A stretch of 64,000 nucleotides of DNA from the NCBI RefSeq assembly GCF_001194135.2, contig NC_068984.1, forward strand, positions 111,211,665 to 111,275,664, read 5' to 3'. Below the pieces are notes generated by a model. It saw only the letters and a program-made list of their open reading frames with translations, was not told where the DNA came from and searched no databases. This document shows positions 49,991 to 62,990 of the stretch, piece by piece. Source of the stretch: Octopus bimaculoides. Its lineage: Eukaryota. The translations under genes and the position numbers were made by a program. The number at the start of each line of letters is the position of its first letter. The stretch's first letter is position 1.

Positions 49991-52820
49991 ATGAATTCTT
50001 TTAAGAACAGAAATTTAATGAACTCTACGGACCTTAGTAAATACATTTGGGAACTTAAATCAAAAAGAATAGAATACGAGTTAAAATGGGAAATTGTTTG
50101 CAAGGCTAAATCATATAGGATAGGGAATAAATTCTGCTTATTATGTACTAACGAATTTAAAGAGGTATCATTAACTAATAAAAATTGATTAACTCCCACG
50201 ATGAACGTAATATTAAATGCAGACATAAATTAAATTACTTATGTAATAAGTTTAGATAACTAATTTATCTATTTAAACATAGTATTAGGTACCAACTTAT
50301 AGTTATGATCAGTAGCGTAAAATATGTCAAATTAGCTTTAGAATACACTTTAATCATCACAATATTATACAAATTGGAACATATAACTACCTTTACTTTA
50401 AGTATACAACGATAATATAAGCAGTCTTTTACAATGTTTCATAACATTATTTAACCCTTTCGTTACTATATTTCTGACCAAAATACAGCCCTCATGAGTT
50501 TCAATTAAATTCTAAAATAATCATGAATTTAGACTAGTCTCATTAAACACCTGTAACTTTTTTTATTTATCAACATATTAATGTGATATTTGGAACATAA
50601 TTAAAGAAAGAGTTCTTAATCAATTCTATTGCATAATTTTTGTCTCAAAGTTCTCCACGTACTGAGGGAGTGTACTGCCAGTGTCTCTCACATGTAAATA
50701 TTGGTTCAGTTTCACGAATCGTACTCGTTCATAATACTGGAAATATATTCATCGCCAAAAGGTTCCTGATCGCTCCAGTAATTTGTTATTCTGGGTAACT
50801 ATCTAATACCTATAATAATATTTATGGCAAAAAATGCCCGNNNNNNNNNNNNNNNNNNNNNNNNNNNNNNNNNNNNNNNNNNNNNNNNNNNNNNNNNNNN
50901 NNNNNNNNNNNNNNNNNNNNNNNNNNNNNNNNNNNNNNNNNNNNNNNNNNNNNNNNNNNNNNNNNNNNNNNNNNNNNNNNNNNNNNNNNNNNNNNNNNNN
51001 NNNNNNNNNNNNNNNNNNNNNNNNNNNNNNNNNNNNNNNNNNNNNNNNNNNNNNNNNNNNNNNNNNNNNNNNNNNNNNNNNNNNNNNNNNNNNNNNNNNN
51101 NNNNNNNNNNNNNNNNNNNNNNNNNNNNNNNNNNNNNNNNNNNNNNNNNNNNNNNNNNNNNNNNNNNNNNNNNNNNNNNNNNNNNNNNNNNNNNNNNNNN
51201 NNNNNNNNNNNNNNNNNNNNNNNNNNNNNNNNNNNNNNNNNNNNNNNNNNNNNNNNNNNNAAATATCCGATTCATTATCGTTCACCACGTACTTTTGTAG
51301 CTCATTCATTCTTTTCTTCGATATCTCCATATCCTCTGTAGAAAAACCTTCAAATTCGGAATCACTGCTTGATAGCATGAAACTCCTTTCCATCTTCAAA
51401 GTTGAAAAAAATTAACGCCGCAAAAGAATGTGGAAAAAAATCTTCCAAAATTCACTGAGTTCAAATATCACGCCAAACAATGTGGGAGACAATAACTCAA
51501 CTGTTTGCAAAGTGAAATCGGGTGTTTTAATGAATGTACTAACGAGATTTAGGTTCAAATATACATTTAAATAACAATGGGTACACTCGGCCTACCACGG
51601 CCGGGTTAGTCTTATGAACCAAAAAATTTTTCGGCCGGCTACGGCCGGGCTAGTAACGAAAGGGTTAAGTAATATGTAACGTTCGTATTTGGTATAGTTA
51701 TTGTTCTGCGTAAATCTGAGAGTTTTAAGTATTTTATTAATCTTCAATAAACTTTTTATTCTAGGTTGATTTTCTTTTTCGATATTTTCGTTATTATTTT
51801 AATAATTTTAATACGTATTTACCTCTGGTAATGGACGCCATGTTTATCACGTGATTTTTCAGTATAAATTTTCATAGCATTATTTACGTAATATAGAATT
51901 TTCGTATGGCTATAGTTATTACTCTACGTTAATTTGCAAGTTTAAGTATTTTAGTATTTTTTATCCTAAAGAAATGTTTTATTTTAGGTAGATTTTCTTT
52001 TTCGATATTTTCGTTATTATTTTAGTAATTATAATATCCATGTACTTCTGGATAATAGACGCCATATTTATCACGTGACCTTTTTTAGTATAAATTCTAT
52101 AGCACAGTCATTTTGATTTTTTACAGTTACCAGCTGGCAGGTAAGTCATGTTTTCTTATTTTAATTTTATAAACAATATTGACATCCGTCTTTTAGTAAC
52201 TTTGTCCACTAACACATTTTTTTACTATTATCTACTTATTCCATAATGCTTTAACCTTGTTTACTATAATACTATAATATTTTTAGATTGTAACACTTAA
52301 TAATTATATTAATACTGTTAATGTAGGGATTAGTTTACAGATTTTGCCTCTTTATATATATTTTTATTTCTCATGTTTATGTTTATTCCTTGGATGATTT
52401 TAGGTATTTTCTTATGGATTTGACCTGAAGAGTGACTGATTTGGGGAGTAAAATCATTTCCCCGTTCTAATGAATTTGGATAGAATTTGCTTATGATTTT
52501 ATATAGTCCTATTTCAGCCATGAAATGCGCATAGTCTATGTACTAGCACTAACTTTATACATTTATACTTCCATACTCTATATTATCGTATTAATTTTTA
52601 CTGTCCAATTTATAAATCTGACTTTTAAATTTTTTAAATTAATATTTCTATGATTTATTTATATGATTTATTTATGTAATATGATATTTAATTAAAATTT
52701 TAAGATCAAAATGTTAGATATATTAAGATGGTATATGCCTCACAGCATGGATTTGGACAGGTTCTGAGTTGACTGAGTTGTAGAGTGGTGGTTTGTCTCT
52801 AAATTAGTTATATACATATA
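49990..52820 (+). mobile_element. Second copy of the GIY-YIG/pLTR Penelope-like element, interrupted by a piggyBac insertion
   Basis: ORF 49991-50188 MNSFKNRNLMNSTDLSKYIWELK..KFCLLCTNEFK. Collinear with 14680-16162 apart from the 50455-51664 insert; donor CAG|GTAAGT at 52141; HHR-like 52422-52536. Confidence 0.88.
50455..51664 (-). mobile_element. Internally deleted piggyBac transposon
   Basis: TTAA TSD at 50451-50454 and 51665-51668; perfect 14-bp TIR CCCTTTCGTTACTA. Minus-strand MLSSSDSEFEGFSTED (acidic N-terminus) and RAFFAINIIIGIR*LPRITNYWSDQEPFGDEYISSIM (PGBD-type motif). Empty TTAA site at 15131-15134. Confidence 0.93.
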
Positions 52821-52923
52821 TTATATATATTAGGAAACCCGGTAAGGTTGGAATAAATTCTTTATTCCCTTATATTANNNNNNNNNNNNNNNNNNNNNNN
52901 NNNNNNNNNNNNNNTTATATTAT

Positions 52924-52970
<47 letters not shown>

Positions 52971-53389
52971 TATATGTATGTATGTATGTATGTATATACA
53001 ATACTGAAAATGTACACTACTATATATTCATTATGGCTAATCTTACCAATTGGTTTCACACTAGGGGCTCAACAGAGTGTCATGTAACAACCTAATAATC
53101 TAACCCTGCACTCATCAGAAGTAGCCATTGTGGAATTAAATATGTCTCAACTTCACATATATATGAATATATATATGAAGTTGAGGAAAATAATAATATT
53201 TTTGAAAGCATTCAATATGTAGATTTCAGATTATTGTATATTATATAATGGGAAATATATCCCTAACAGAAGACCATTCTGTATTATTTGGCTTGACTTC
53301 ATTAACTTCATTATTATACCTTACACGGTTTGATGCAGGTACAAACTAGTCTGTCCAGGACCCATCTATGCAGATACTCTAACAAGGAT

Positions 53390-54110
53390 TTGCACACAAT
53401 AGAATTTTGCGTTTAGAACACTATATACAACAATACTAACTGTCATTTCTGCTGTTAATTGTGCAAAAAGAGTATTTCTATCAAAGGTTTTTGTAGACCA
53501 CTTTGTTAACAAGTGTCAGTGACTCTATTTTCATAGATGGCAACTTTAATAGCCATGCTGGGTAGCAGTGTAATGGCTCGTCCACAGAATATAGGTACTA
53601 TGTGTATGATATGAATAATATAGTTGGGATCTCAGGGCTTCTGGTGTTCTAGGACACAAAGTAGACTTATCATCTGATTTGCTTACTTTAAGAAACTAGC
53701 CGACCATTTGATTACCCACCAAGCATGCAAGCATGCAAGCAAGATAGTGTTCATACATCCTAGGAAGCAAAATAGACAGCTTGTTGAAGAATTTGACATT
53801 CATCATAGTCATCCGATTATGGACATCAGATTGAAAACCAGCTCAGATAAACAAAACAAATTGGACAAAAAAAATGCAGAAAGTGAATGATTCTTATATT
53901 AAACCTAGGTTCAGAGGTGTTTTCAGTGATGTGTTTGATGGGAAGTGAGAAGAGATAGACACTTATGATAAAGAAGACAACTGTTATTTCTACCAGACAA
54001 CCTGCTGTAAGTCGCTAATGCAAGTTAACAATCATGTGAAACATGTCATGATGGCAGAATTATAGAGTAGATCAAGCTGTAAAATCTAAGAGACACAATG
54101 GGAAAGACCA
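53390..54110 (+). mobile_element. RTE-clade LINE AP-endonuclease/linker fragment, decayed
   Basis: IDGNFNSHAG (53533-53562, GDFNGHVG-like), YFKKLADHLITH (NFRKP.SHLITY-like), KIVFIHPRKQNRQL (QIDYIL.RK-like), WQNYRVDQAVKSKR (WWN..VD.A.K.KR-like). Confidence 0.7.
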
Positions 54111-54169
54111 TGCACAAGGGGACTGCAAGAAACAATGCTAGTTAGCTAGATGTCTGGTGTATGTATCGT

Positions 54170-54482
54170 TACTCTTTTACCTGTTTCAGTCATTTGACTG
54201 CGGCCATGCTGGAGCACCACCTTTAGTCAAGCAAATCGACCCCAGGACTTATTCTTTGTAAGCCTAGTACTTATTCTATAGGTCTCTTTTGCTGAACCGC
54301 TAAGTTACGGGGGCATAAACACACCAGCATCGGTTGTCAAGCGATGCTGGGGGGGGGGACAAACACAGACACACAAACATATACACATACACACATATAT
54401 ATACACACATATACATATATACGACAGTCTTCTTTCAGTTTCCATTGGTAAGCAAGCTACTTACCACACAGCCACTCCTGCA
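54170..54482 (-). mobile_element. SINE family B copy with an internal deletion
   Basis: High similarity to 9991-10385, including tail and head. Confidence 0.85.
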
Positions 54483-54965
54483 CCTATTGAGGAAAATTCA
54501 GAGCAAGAGGTGCTACAAACTTCAAAACTGTTTGTCAGAGTCAGTTGATATACCACTGGTCGAAAAGTGTTTTCAAAATTACTACAGTACACTTAGCACT
54601 CATTGGTGCTGAGAAAAATGAAATATGGAATGCTTACATGAGGAAATTCTGAATGCAGAGAGCATACAAGAGAAATGGAAATAACCCAGTTGGACTCAAA
54701 ACAAGGAGCAGTTATTGACAATTACATGGCTGAAATTAATATTAAAATATGAAGGCAAAGAAAGCAGCAGCTCAACCAGGGACAGTAACGATGGTCACTG
54801 GAATGTCGAAAATATTTTTATTCGTTTGCTTGCTGTCTTTTTTCCATACCTACATAGGTTAGACAGAATCAATACAAAGGCATTGATTTACAGACAGATG
54901 CCCTTCCCATAATTATCTAACAGTCTTGCAAGTAATGTTCTTTTTTTATTCCACACATACTTTTA

Positions 54966-55535
54966 ATCTCAGAACTTGAGGCAATCCAACGAAGCTACAT
55001 GAAGAAGTTAGCCTCTGTGCAGCATATAAGCTATTGGGAAAGACTCAAGCGATTAAGACTCTATTCCTTAAAGTGTAGATGAGAAAGATATGCCATAATA
55101 TACATCTGGAAGATCCTTGAAGGACTTGTCCCAAACTTTGGCATATAAAGTTACACAAATACTAGAACTGGGCACCACTACATAGTGCCAAGGACTCCAA
55201 ATTTGCCATCAAGATGATGGACAAGATACTGCAATAGCCTGAGCTTCAGAGGTCCACAGTTCTTCAATATCCTCCCGAAGGACCTGGGAGACCTACATGG
55301 GGTGAATGTAGGTGTCTTCAAAATAAAGCTAGACCTCTTCCTGTCAAGTGTCCCAGATGAACCAACTTCACAGCAGGAGGTGCAGATGAGTGCAGCTGCA
55401 TCAAACTCTCTTATGCACCAAATGTCAATTCCTGAAAAGCATTCGTGAAGTAAAATTATGTAGCAACACCAAATGGCAGTGCCCCAGCATGGTCACAGCT
55501 CGTGAGCTGAAACTAGACAAAAATAAAATAAAATT
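54966..55535 (+). mobile_element. CR1-like LINE 3' end (RT C-terminus and 3' UTR)
   Basis: ISELEAIQRSYMKKLASVQHISYWERLKRLRLYSLKCR*ERYAIIYIWKILEGLVPN...FKIKLDLFL matches the CR1/L2 thumb motif (LE.VQRR...Y.ERL..L.L.SL..RR.R). 3' hairpin CAGCT-CGTG-AGCTG followed by an A-rich tail. Confidence 0.85.
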
Positions 55536-56145
55536 TAGAAAAATATACTTGAATATTTAGCTATAGAAAACAACCTGCTGATAGAGAATGATTACAAACA
55601 TTTGTAAGCTAAGCGATTTTTCTTTTTTCTTTCCTTTTATGCAGAGCACATGTTGCTAACAATCACATGGACATACACCATACACACAAATGTATGCATA
55701 CACAAACCTATATATCATAGACAAATCACCAAAAGTATAAGCGAATGAGCCATTTAGACAGGCTATTTATGTGCTAGTCTAACTGAAGACTGCTATTCAT
55801 AACAGCTGGCCTATATCATTGACTAGGAAAGGAAGATGGATATATTTTCTCTGAGGAGTGGTCAACAAATTGTGAAATGGTCCCTCAGGAGACTCCTGCT
55901 CCTTTTTTTATGCTTCAAAAGCACAGAAATAATGTGTTTACATTTTTATGTAATACACAGTGAGACTTTCTAATATTTGAATTTGTTTCGTCTTTTTCTG
56001 ATTTTTGCTGTTTGAGTATTATATGTATGCATATGTGTGTGTATGTATGCATATATGTGTGTGTGCGTGTATATATATATATATATATATATATACACGC
56101 ACANNNNNNNNNNNNNNNNNNNNNNNNNNNNNNNNNNNNNNNNNN

Positions 56146-56179
<34 letters not shown>

Positions 56180-57584
56180 CACTCACATTCATACAGATAT
56201 ACTAAGATAAATACACAATTACAAATGCATATTTACCCACTTGCACACATCTCTGTACAATCATAGACATGCTTTGCTAATATACATACACATTCACATA
56301 AACAGATAGCCCAAAGAAGTTTATTAAGAGAGAAAATCCTTGGCTTGCCATTGAGATTTTAGTGGATTATCTGATAGCTAAACCATATGCCATTGATGTG
56401 AACCATGTAGCTAAATCTACTTTTTCTAAATGCTGCAATGATGCAATGCAATGATGCTACATGTATACAGTTGCTAAGTTTACTGCGCACATTTGAGTAA
56501 ACAAACACAGAGGAAATAATACTTGATTAAGATTTCATACTTACCAGAAAACAAACTAGAGAAAAGAGGGAAAAATTCTGGTTTAAGCATCCCAGACGAC
56601 CCCTCATAAATTGTCTGTTTTGGGAATTTTCAGCAAAGTTTTGTGAATGTGAGTTCTACACATAGAAATTCATATGATTATGAAAAAATTGATTTTTATT
56701 TTGAACATTCCACTGCCCCATAATTTGTACAAGTTCCACTCGTTTTTGAATTTTCTTTGAATATTTTTAATCAGAATTTAAAATATGGACTGTCTGAACT
56801 TTTTTGCTTAAATCCAGCAACAACCACCCTTAGGTGCATCATCATTCCATTAATTGTGTTAATAGGGAGAAAAATTAAAACATCAACACTTGTCAGAGTG
56901 ACACAAAAAACAAGATAACAGGTGGTCGTGGGATGTGCTCAGAGCAGCAGTTAAATCACCCTTAAATCACACACAAAAAAAATTTGTTTTTGAATAATTG
57001 TATGAATTATCATGTACAGAACACAAATTCATAAAAATTTTCTGGAAATCCCCAAAAAGTCAAAAGGAATGCTTAAAACAAAATTCCACTCAGGATAAAT
57101 TGTTGTGAATGCCAAGTCTTCCCTTGTTAAGAAATTTGACATTCCCCATATACTGTTTGCTAAATGCAGATAACAAACTATAGAAGGTATGGAAAAGGAA
57201 TGATGCTTCTACAAAACATAGACTAAGAGTGGTTTATAATGACGTGTATGGAGAAAGGTGATAGGGAAACATCATCTTTATCATCATCGTTTAATGTCCT
57301 CCTTCCATGCTGGCATGGGTTGGACGGTTTGACAGGAGCTGGCCAAGCAGGACCCTGCACCAAACACCTGTGTCTGTTCTGGTACGATTTTTTAAAAACT
57401 GGATGCCATTCCTAACCTCAACCACCTAGCAGAGTGGACAGAATGCTTTTTATGTGGCACAAGCACAGGGGAGGTTAGTTTTGGCATGGTTTTTACAACT
57501 GGATGCCCTTCCAAATGCCAACCACTTAACAGTGTAGACTGGGGGGCTTAAGAACTTAGAATAAAGAAGACAACAGGAATTTCT

Positions 57585-57760
57585 AAAAGGCAACTTCTTG
57601 TAGGCCACCAATGAGATTTATGGTCAATGCAAAGTAACAGTCATCTGGAAAGTGTTACGGTGGTAGAATTTACACTGAAGACCAGGATGTAAAATTTGAC
57701 AGACACGATGAGAAGGACTAAAAGATGGGGTGCTGCAAGGAATAATACCAATTAGTTAGA
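57585..57760 (+). mobile_element. Possible RTE LINE fragment (EN-RT linker)
   Basis: NFL*ATNEIYGQCKV...LRW*N resembles LL.ATD.ICG.CK....TWWWN. Confidence 0.35.
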
Positions 57761-59416
57761 AGAGAATTAAGATGTTGGGTATACATTGCATGGAGGGAAA
57801 TTGAAAGCAAGGAACTTGCCATAGTTCTGCAATGACCAAAATAAAGTAAAGCTGAGCTTCTTGTCTAAGCACAAATCATCAGAATCTCAAGATGCATTGG
57901 ACAGCATTCATCAGAGTCATTTAGAGTCAAGTTAAATTAAAGTTGAGTGTCTTGTCTAAAGATGTGTCATCAGCAGCATTTTGACTCTTTCTAGCTCTAA
58001 TGAATGATGTCTATTGCACCTCGAAAGACTGTTGATGACATGTTATGATGATGATGACGACGATGATGATGATAATGATGACGATGACGACAATGATGAT
58101 GATATATATTTTTTTATTTAATTGGCAGAAATTGCAAAGTGCCTGCAGGGCCAAGAGTTTTGTGCATTGGCAATGTGCCTGCATGTATATATGTATGTAT
58201 GCATGTATGTATGTATGTACGTATATATATATATATCAGTATATTTGTAAGTGTATTTATGTATACATATATATGAACGACATTATCAGCACTTAAATGA
58301 GAAAAAAAACAGATACTCCCACGGTGATTGAACTTCATATAAATTGCATTTCTGATGCTTATACTTCATACTGCACTACAGAACATCTGCCATGTTCACT
58401 CTGCCAGATTAGCAATAAATGTTTTGCTAGTAGATACTAAGATTTTATGGGATCTACCATTAAAACACTATCATCATCATCATCATCACTATCAACATTA
58501 TCATTATTATTTTTATCATCATCATTATTGTTATTATTATCATCATCATCATCATTACTGTCGTCATCGTCATCATCATCATTATTGTTATTATCATTAT
58601 TATATTGTATGACATCCACTTTCTGTATTCTGATAATGGCCCTACAAAACGATCAGTATGGTATTTGCTCAGTCAGAAGAGCTTCAAAAGACAACAGGAT
58701 CAAAGTCTTACCAGCTAATGTCAGCAACATTGGCCGATAGCCATATGGTTGTAGATCTGTGTATATTGTTATATTATTTTGTTTTCCACTAAATAGAAAA
58801 GCTAGTTGGCATTTTAATTAAATGAAGCACTTAGTAAAAGAGAGAGGTATATATATATATATATATATATNNNNNNNNNNNNNNNNNNNNNNNNNNNNNN
58901 NNNNNNNNNNNNNNNNNNNNNNNNNNNNNNNNNNNNNNNNNNNNNNNNNNNNNNNNNNNNNNNNNNNNNNNNNNNNNNNNNNNNNNNNNNNNNNNNNNNN
59001 NNNNNNNNNNNNNNNNNNNNNNNNNNNNNNNNNNNNNNNNNNNNNNNNNNNNNNNNNNNNNNNNNNNNNNNNNNNNNNNNNNNNNNNNNNNNNNNNNNNN
59101 NNNNNNNNNNNNNNNNNNNNNNNNNNNNNNNNNNNNNNNNNNNNNNNNNNNNNNNNNNNNNNNNNNNNNNNNNNNNNNNNNNNNNNNNNNNNNNNNNNNN
59201 NNNNNNNNNNNNNNNNNNNNNNNNNNNNNNNNNNNNNNNNNNNNNNNNNNNNNNNNNNNNNNNNNNNNNNNNNNNNNNNNNNNNNNNNNNNNNNNNNNNN
59301 NNNNNNNNNNNNNNNNNNNNNNNNNNNNNNNNNNNNNNNNNNNNNNNNNNNNNNNNNNNNNNNNNNNNNNNNNNNNNNNNNNNNNNNNNNNNNNNNNNNN
59401 NNNNNNNNNNNNNNNN

Positions 59417-59466
<50 letters not shown>

Positions 59467-60222
59467 TTAAGACCAGGTACTAATAAAATGACAGATTTGT
59501 GGTGGTACTAAGCACAAAATATCCTTTATAAAATCAAATCATTATAGAAGCAAAATCCACAACCAGAACAGTTCCATGTTTAGAAAAGAGAGAGAGAGAG
59601 GGAAGCTGTTATTAAATATTAGTGAAAGAATGGTCAGGCTTCTCTTCTTAATTAAAAAAATTTAGCTGTGGTTATGTGGTTAAAAAAAGTTTGGTTTGTA
59701 ACCACATGATTTTGAGGTTCAGTCCCACAACATAGCACCTTGGTCAAGTGTAATCATCTACTGTAAGTTCTAGGCTGACCAAAGAATCAAAGAAGCCTTG
59801 TGTGTGGATTTGGTAGATGAAGGTGAAGGGTTGGTGGCATGAAGGGCATCTGGCTGCACAAGAATCTATTTCAGTGAGCTCTGCCTGACCCATTAATGCA
59901 TTAAAACGTGGATGTTAAAAAAGTGGTGATGATGATGAGGATGATCTTCCTACTCTTCTTCTCCCTCCTCATTCCCTCCCTATCCCCTCCTCATTTCCTC
60001 CTCATTTCCTCCTCATTGCTTCCCCATCCCCTTCCTCCTCCTCTTCCTATTCCTCCACCTCCACTTCCTCCTGCTCCTCCTCCTCCTCCGCCCCTCCCCT
60101 CCCCATCATCCTCCCATCAGAGGATGATGGAGATCAGAGCAGTAACATTACTAAACAGTAAAGCCACTTTGATGTGGTGACTGGCTTTATATGTATGTGT
60201 GTGTGTGTGTGTGTGTGTGTGC

Positions 60223-60276
<54 letters not shown>

Positions 60277-60424
60277 NNNNNNNNNNATCAACTCCAGGAC
60301 TTATTCTCTTTGTAAGTCTTGTACTTATTCTACTGGTCTCTTTTACTGAATTGCTTTGTTACGGGGATGTAAACACACTGGCATCGGTTGTCAAGCAATG
60401 GTGGAGGGACAAACACAGACACAC

Positions 60425-60461
<37 letters not shown>

Positions 60462-60492
60462 GGAATAATTACTGTGACACATTGTGTAGAGT

Positions 60493-60678
60493 ATATTGTA
60501 TAGAGATCATGGCTAAGGCCAAAACAATGCAAAGTAAATGCAAAGTAAATCACAAGAAAACAAATATGTGAATTAATGTGGACTTACCTCGAAGGTAATT
60601 CACATATTTATTTTCTTGTGATTTACCTTGCATTTACTTTGCATTGTTTTGGCCTTACCCACAATCTTTATACAATAT
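60493..60678. repeat. Fold-back inverted repeat, ~83-bp arms (6 mismatches)
   Basis: 60493-60575 versus 60596-60678; inner hairpin TTACCT-CGA-AGGTAA (60584-60598), with an ~11-bp tandem duplication on the left side. Confidence 0.88.
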
Positions 60679-60751
60679 ATACACATATATACATACATAT
60701 ATATATATATATATACATACATACGTACATACATATATACATACATACATA

Positions 60752-61228
60752 CATGACTGGCTTCTATCAGTTTCCATCTTCCGAATCCATTCACAAGGCT
60801 TTGGTTGACCCAAGACTATAGTTCAAGACACCTGCCCAGGGTGCCATGCAGTGGGACTGAACTCATAACCATATGGCTGCTTACCACACGGCCAGCCTGT
60901 GTCTATTTAGTTGAACATACTTATTTTTTATTTAAATCTGGTACTTATTTTATGCGCAGGAGTGGCTGTGTGGTAAGTAGCTTGCTTACCAGCCACATGG
61001 TTCCAAGTTCAGCTCTATTGCGTGGCACCTTGGGCAAGTGTCTTCTACTATAGCCTCAGGCTGACCAAAGCCTTGTGAGTGGATTTGGTAGACAGAAATT
61101 GAAAGAAGCCCTTTGTATATATGTATATATATATATGTATGTGTGTGTATATGTTTGTGTGTCTGTGTTTGTCCCTCCAGCATCGCTTGACAACCGATTG
61201 GGGTGTGTTTATGTCCCCGTAACTTATA
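60752..61228. mobile_element. Head-to-head pair of SINE family B 5' portions
   Basis: Minus copy at about 60752-60898; plus copy 60956-61228 (GCAGGAGTGGCTGTGTGGTAAG...). Confidence 0.8.
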
Positions 61229-62761
61229 ATTTTTCCTTTATGAGGTTTTTCACGCTGACTACTTGATACATTCTTACAAAGATTTATCCTATTTTAAATT
61301 ATATATATAAATATATATATATTCTTACAGATATAGGGTAAAAATTAATAATTAATTAATAATTAGTAATTTTACCAAGTAGTTCGGTGTGTTAAAAAAC
61401 CATTATCGGTTTATATGTGTATATATGTGTGTATGTGTGTGTGTATATGTTTGTGTGTCTGTGTTTGTCACCCCAATATCACTTGACAACCGATGGTGGT
61501 GTGTTTAGGTCCCTGTAACTTAGCGGTTCAGCCTAAGAGACCGATAAAATAAGTACTAGGCTTCCAAAGAATAAGTATATGCATATGTGTGTCTTTGTCG
61601 CTGTGTTTGCCCATCATCACAGCTTCACAACAACAAGTGTTGGTTTGTTTATGTCTTCATAACATAGCTGTTTAGCAAAGAAGATCCAATAAAATAAGTA
61701 TCAGTCTTACATGAAAATAAGTATTGGGGTCTATTTGTTGTTTGACTAAACCCTTTAAGGTGGTGCTCCAACATGGCCACACTCCTATAAATGAAACAAG
61801 TAAAATGATAAATAGTAGCAGAGGTAGCAACAATACTGTTATTAAGTATTTGTATTTATCCCTTAGTCATCTCACAGCAACTAGTAACAACAATTCATTA
61901 TGCCAACCATAGCAACAAATACAGCGTTAGTCACTGAACAAAATGTAAGTCAAGCCTATATTTAACCATATGCCATCAAGTTTACTTCCAAATTGCTTTA
62001 TAATTTAACATTCTATAAAATCAAACAGGCCTGAAAGTAAGCAAAAAAAAAAAAAGAACACAAAAGGAAAATAAAAAAAAAGAGGTAATAAAATATAGAT
62101 GGTGGGGTGAAAAAAGACAGGAGAAACCATAAACATACAAAATGTAAAAATTACAAAAAAATCACTCAAATGACATGTTGTTTTACTAGTGATTATGTTC
62201 ACCATTTTGTGAGGATTAATATTAGAAATGATAAGCAGGACGTTTGACAAGAACATATAGATCTTGAGCTATCTTTTTATCATAAATTCTTTTTGGCGGT
62301 AGTTTTCTAGCAATTTGCATTAATTCACTAGTACATTATAGCGGTCAATTCTTTTCTTTTGTTTTCTTTTCATATTTTTTAATTATGTTTTTTGTTGTTC
62401 TCGTTTGTTTAGTAATTATTTATGCATGCACATATGCATATACACATGCGCACAAACGTGAGTGAATATGTGTCTATGTAGATAAGTATATGTATATCAT
62501 CATTGCCTTTGTCGGATTCATTGTCATTGTTTTGTTTTAGTGTCCACTTTTCGCAGCTTGCATGGGTTGGACATAATCTGTTGAGGCAGATTTTCTCTGA
62601 CCAGATGACCTTCCTGTCACCATCACATGACCAAACACGTTACCAAGAATACTGGAAATGATAGACACTTGTTTACAACTATCTAACAATGTCTAAGCAA
62701 GGATATTGCAAAACACACACACACACTAAAAGAAGCCTATCGTATATATGTATTTATGTTA

Positions 62762-62990
62762 TCGTCATCATCATCATCATTTAACGTCCGCTTTCCATGC
62801 TAGCATGGGTTGGACGATTTGACTGAGGACTGGTGACCCAGATGGCTACACCAGGCTCCAATCTGATTTGCCAGAGTTTCTACAGCCAGATGCCCTTCCT
62901 AATGCCAACCACTCCGAGAGTGTAGTGGGTGCTTTTACGTGCCACCTGCACGAAGGCCAGTCAGGTGGTACTGACAACGGCCACGATGTA
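62762..62990 (-). mobile_element. Family C element, well-preserved copy
   Basis: Reverse complement of 21218-21350 plus upstream sequence; (CAT)n on the + strand corresponds to the (GAT)n tail. Confidence 0.8.

Noticed and set aside
52132-52146. U1 snRNA 5'-like ACTTACCTG on the minus strand
   Set aside because: Only the complement of a CAG|GTAAGT donor; the remainder of U1 is absent.
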